Assembly (NCBI GenBank): GCA_051750565.1 | Contig: JBNJJV010000007.1 | Coordinates: forward strand, 98,901-162,900 | Direction of reading: 5' to 3' | DNA from: Bacillota bacterium | GTDB taxonomy: Bacteria; Bacillota; Bacilli; Bacillales; Bacillaceae_B | Length of the DNA: 64,000 nt | Shown: positions 63,219-64,000 of the stretch, one piece after another | Layout: every line of letters starts with the position of its first letter | How positions within the stretch are numbered: position 1 is the stretch's first letter | The notes under the pieces: generated by a model | Seen by the model: only the letters and a program-made list of their open reading frames with translations | Told to the model about the DNA's origin: nothing | Database searches by the model: none | Translations under genes and position numbers: made by a program

Positions 63219-63281
63219 GAGGGACGGACCTTTGAGGAGCAAGAACCATCAGGTTAATCGCTCATCAAAGGTCCGTCCCTC
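63219..63281. repeat. Long-form GAGGGACGGACC hairpin element (same sub-family and orientation as 60751)
   Basis: The arms are at 63219-30 and 63270-81. The core contains AACCATCAGGTTAATCGCTCAT. Confidence 0.85.
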
Positions 63282-63297
63282 TCAGATTACTCACGAA

Positions 63298-63639
63298 TTA
63301 TATCTTTTTCACAAATTCGGATTTTAGTTTCATGGCTCCGAAGCCGTCGATTTTGCAGTCGATGTCGTGGTCTCCTTCGACGAGTCGGATGTTTTTGACT
63401 TTGGTTCCCATCTTGAGGACGGATGAACTTCCTTTTACTTTCAGATCTTTAATGACCGAAACGGAGTCACCATCGGTTAAGAGATTTCCGTTTGAGTCTC
63501 TAGCCACCTTTTCTTCTTCTACCGTTTCAGTTGCTGCTTCCGTTGTCCATTCATGAGCGCACTCTGGGCAGACGAACAGACTTCCATCTTCATACGTGTA
63601 TTCTGATTTACACTTTGGGCAATTTGGCCATTCTGACAT
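63298..63639 (-). CDS. phnA: Zinc-ribbon PhnA/YjdM-family protein
   Basis: [31 protein letters not shown]...[56 protein letters not shown]. Confidence 0.85.
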   Translation of the reverse strand: MSEWPNCPKCKSEYTYEDGSLFVCPECAHEWTTEAATETVEEEKVARDSNGNLLTDGDSVSVIKDLKVKGSSSVLKMGTKVKNIRLVEGDHDIDCKIDGFGAMKLKSEFVKKI

Positions 63640-63776
63640 CGTGTTCATTTCATCCAATGATTGTTTATTCATGATAAATTTAAAAGACATCGCATTCCAT
63701 TATACCTGACCCACTGTGAGTTATATATCATTTTCGTACATCCATTTAGTCGGAGCGCATTCGTCACATCCAATTA

Positions 63777-64000
63777 CTACTTTAAAACACGTTCAGAATG
63801 TTTCCTTTCCCATTTCACCAAGAACATTTCTAATAAAGGTCCAGGCAATGGCCGGCTAAAGTGGTATCCTTGACCTACCTGACAGGCATTCCGTTTCAGG
63901 AACAATACTTGATCTTCTGTTTCAATGCCCTCAGCAATAGTGGTAAAGTTCATATTTTGACTCATATCAATAATCGCTTTTACGATTGAAACTTGATGTG
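63777..64000 (-). CDS. EAL-domain (c-di-GMP phosphodiesterase-type) protein, C-terminal part; continues beyond the right edge
   Basis: ...TIAEGIETEDQVLFLKRNACQVGQGYHFSRPLP is the EAL-domain C-terminal motif (EGVE.. / QG..f..P). Confidence 0.7.
   Translation of the reverse strand, partial: HQVSIVKAIIDMSQNMNFTTIAEGIETEDQVLFLKRNACQVGQGYHFSRPLPGPLLEMFLVKWERKHSERVLK

Noticed and set aside
1-64000. Prophage, IS element, integron, toxin-antitoxin or defence island
   Set aside because: No integrase, transposase, recombinase, capsid/terminase, restriction, Cas, nuclease-NTPase or TA-like pairs were recognisable in any frame. The XRE gene at 37281 is paired with a small membrane protein, not a toxin.

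Overview
This 64-kb chromosomal segment has the hallmarks of a Bacillaceae-type Firmicute: GGAGG-type RBSs, T-box and yybP-ykoY leaders, lutABC/lutP/lutR, a sigma-54 regulon and a substrate-linked tatA-tatC module. I recognised no rRNA, tRNA, CRISPR, transposase, integrase or phage genes. About 65 protein genes can be supported. (1) A cell-wall amino-sugar recycling supercluster: RpiR regulator, Lac/Cel-family PTS EIIB/EIIC/EIIA, GH4 6-phospho-glycosidase, DUF871/MupG-like, BadF-type kinase, AnmK and MurQ, followed by GlcD/GlcF. (2) bioD-bioA and bioY around a BirA operator, then panE. (3) A CaCA transporter behind a Mn2+ riboswitch. (4) An ECF-like sigma factor paired with clpP. (5) lutABC-lutP-lutR. 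(6) Two ArsR-SRPBCC pairs. (7) A DeoR-linked ABC importer locus containing a 34-codon phnX stub. (8) A Tat-signal metallophosphoesterase with its own tatA-tatC. (9) A sigma-54 activator with an Fe-ADH/permease/aldehyde-dehydrogenase operon behind a perfect -24/-12 promoter. (10) T-box-brnQ, LysE, a translationally coupled DUF402-TDT-TauE operon, and phnA/yjdM. The most striking non-genic signals are four. (i) The 12-mer GAGGGACGGACC occurs about 19 times at 12 loci, mostly as hairpin arms hugging stop codons (a REP/MITE-like family with sub-families). (ii) A 126-bp tandem long-hairpin repeat with compensatory stem changes sits inside the PTS operon. (iii) Short-repeat arrays are phased at about 20.5 bp, and a second dispersed 'word' repeat family is present. 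(iv) About ten nonsense, frameshifted, truncated, duplicated or inverted gene remnants occur in the window. All family assignments come from reading the translations by eye; no database search was run.
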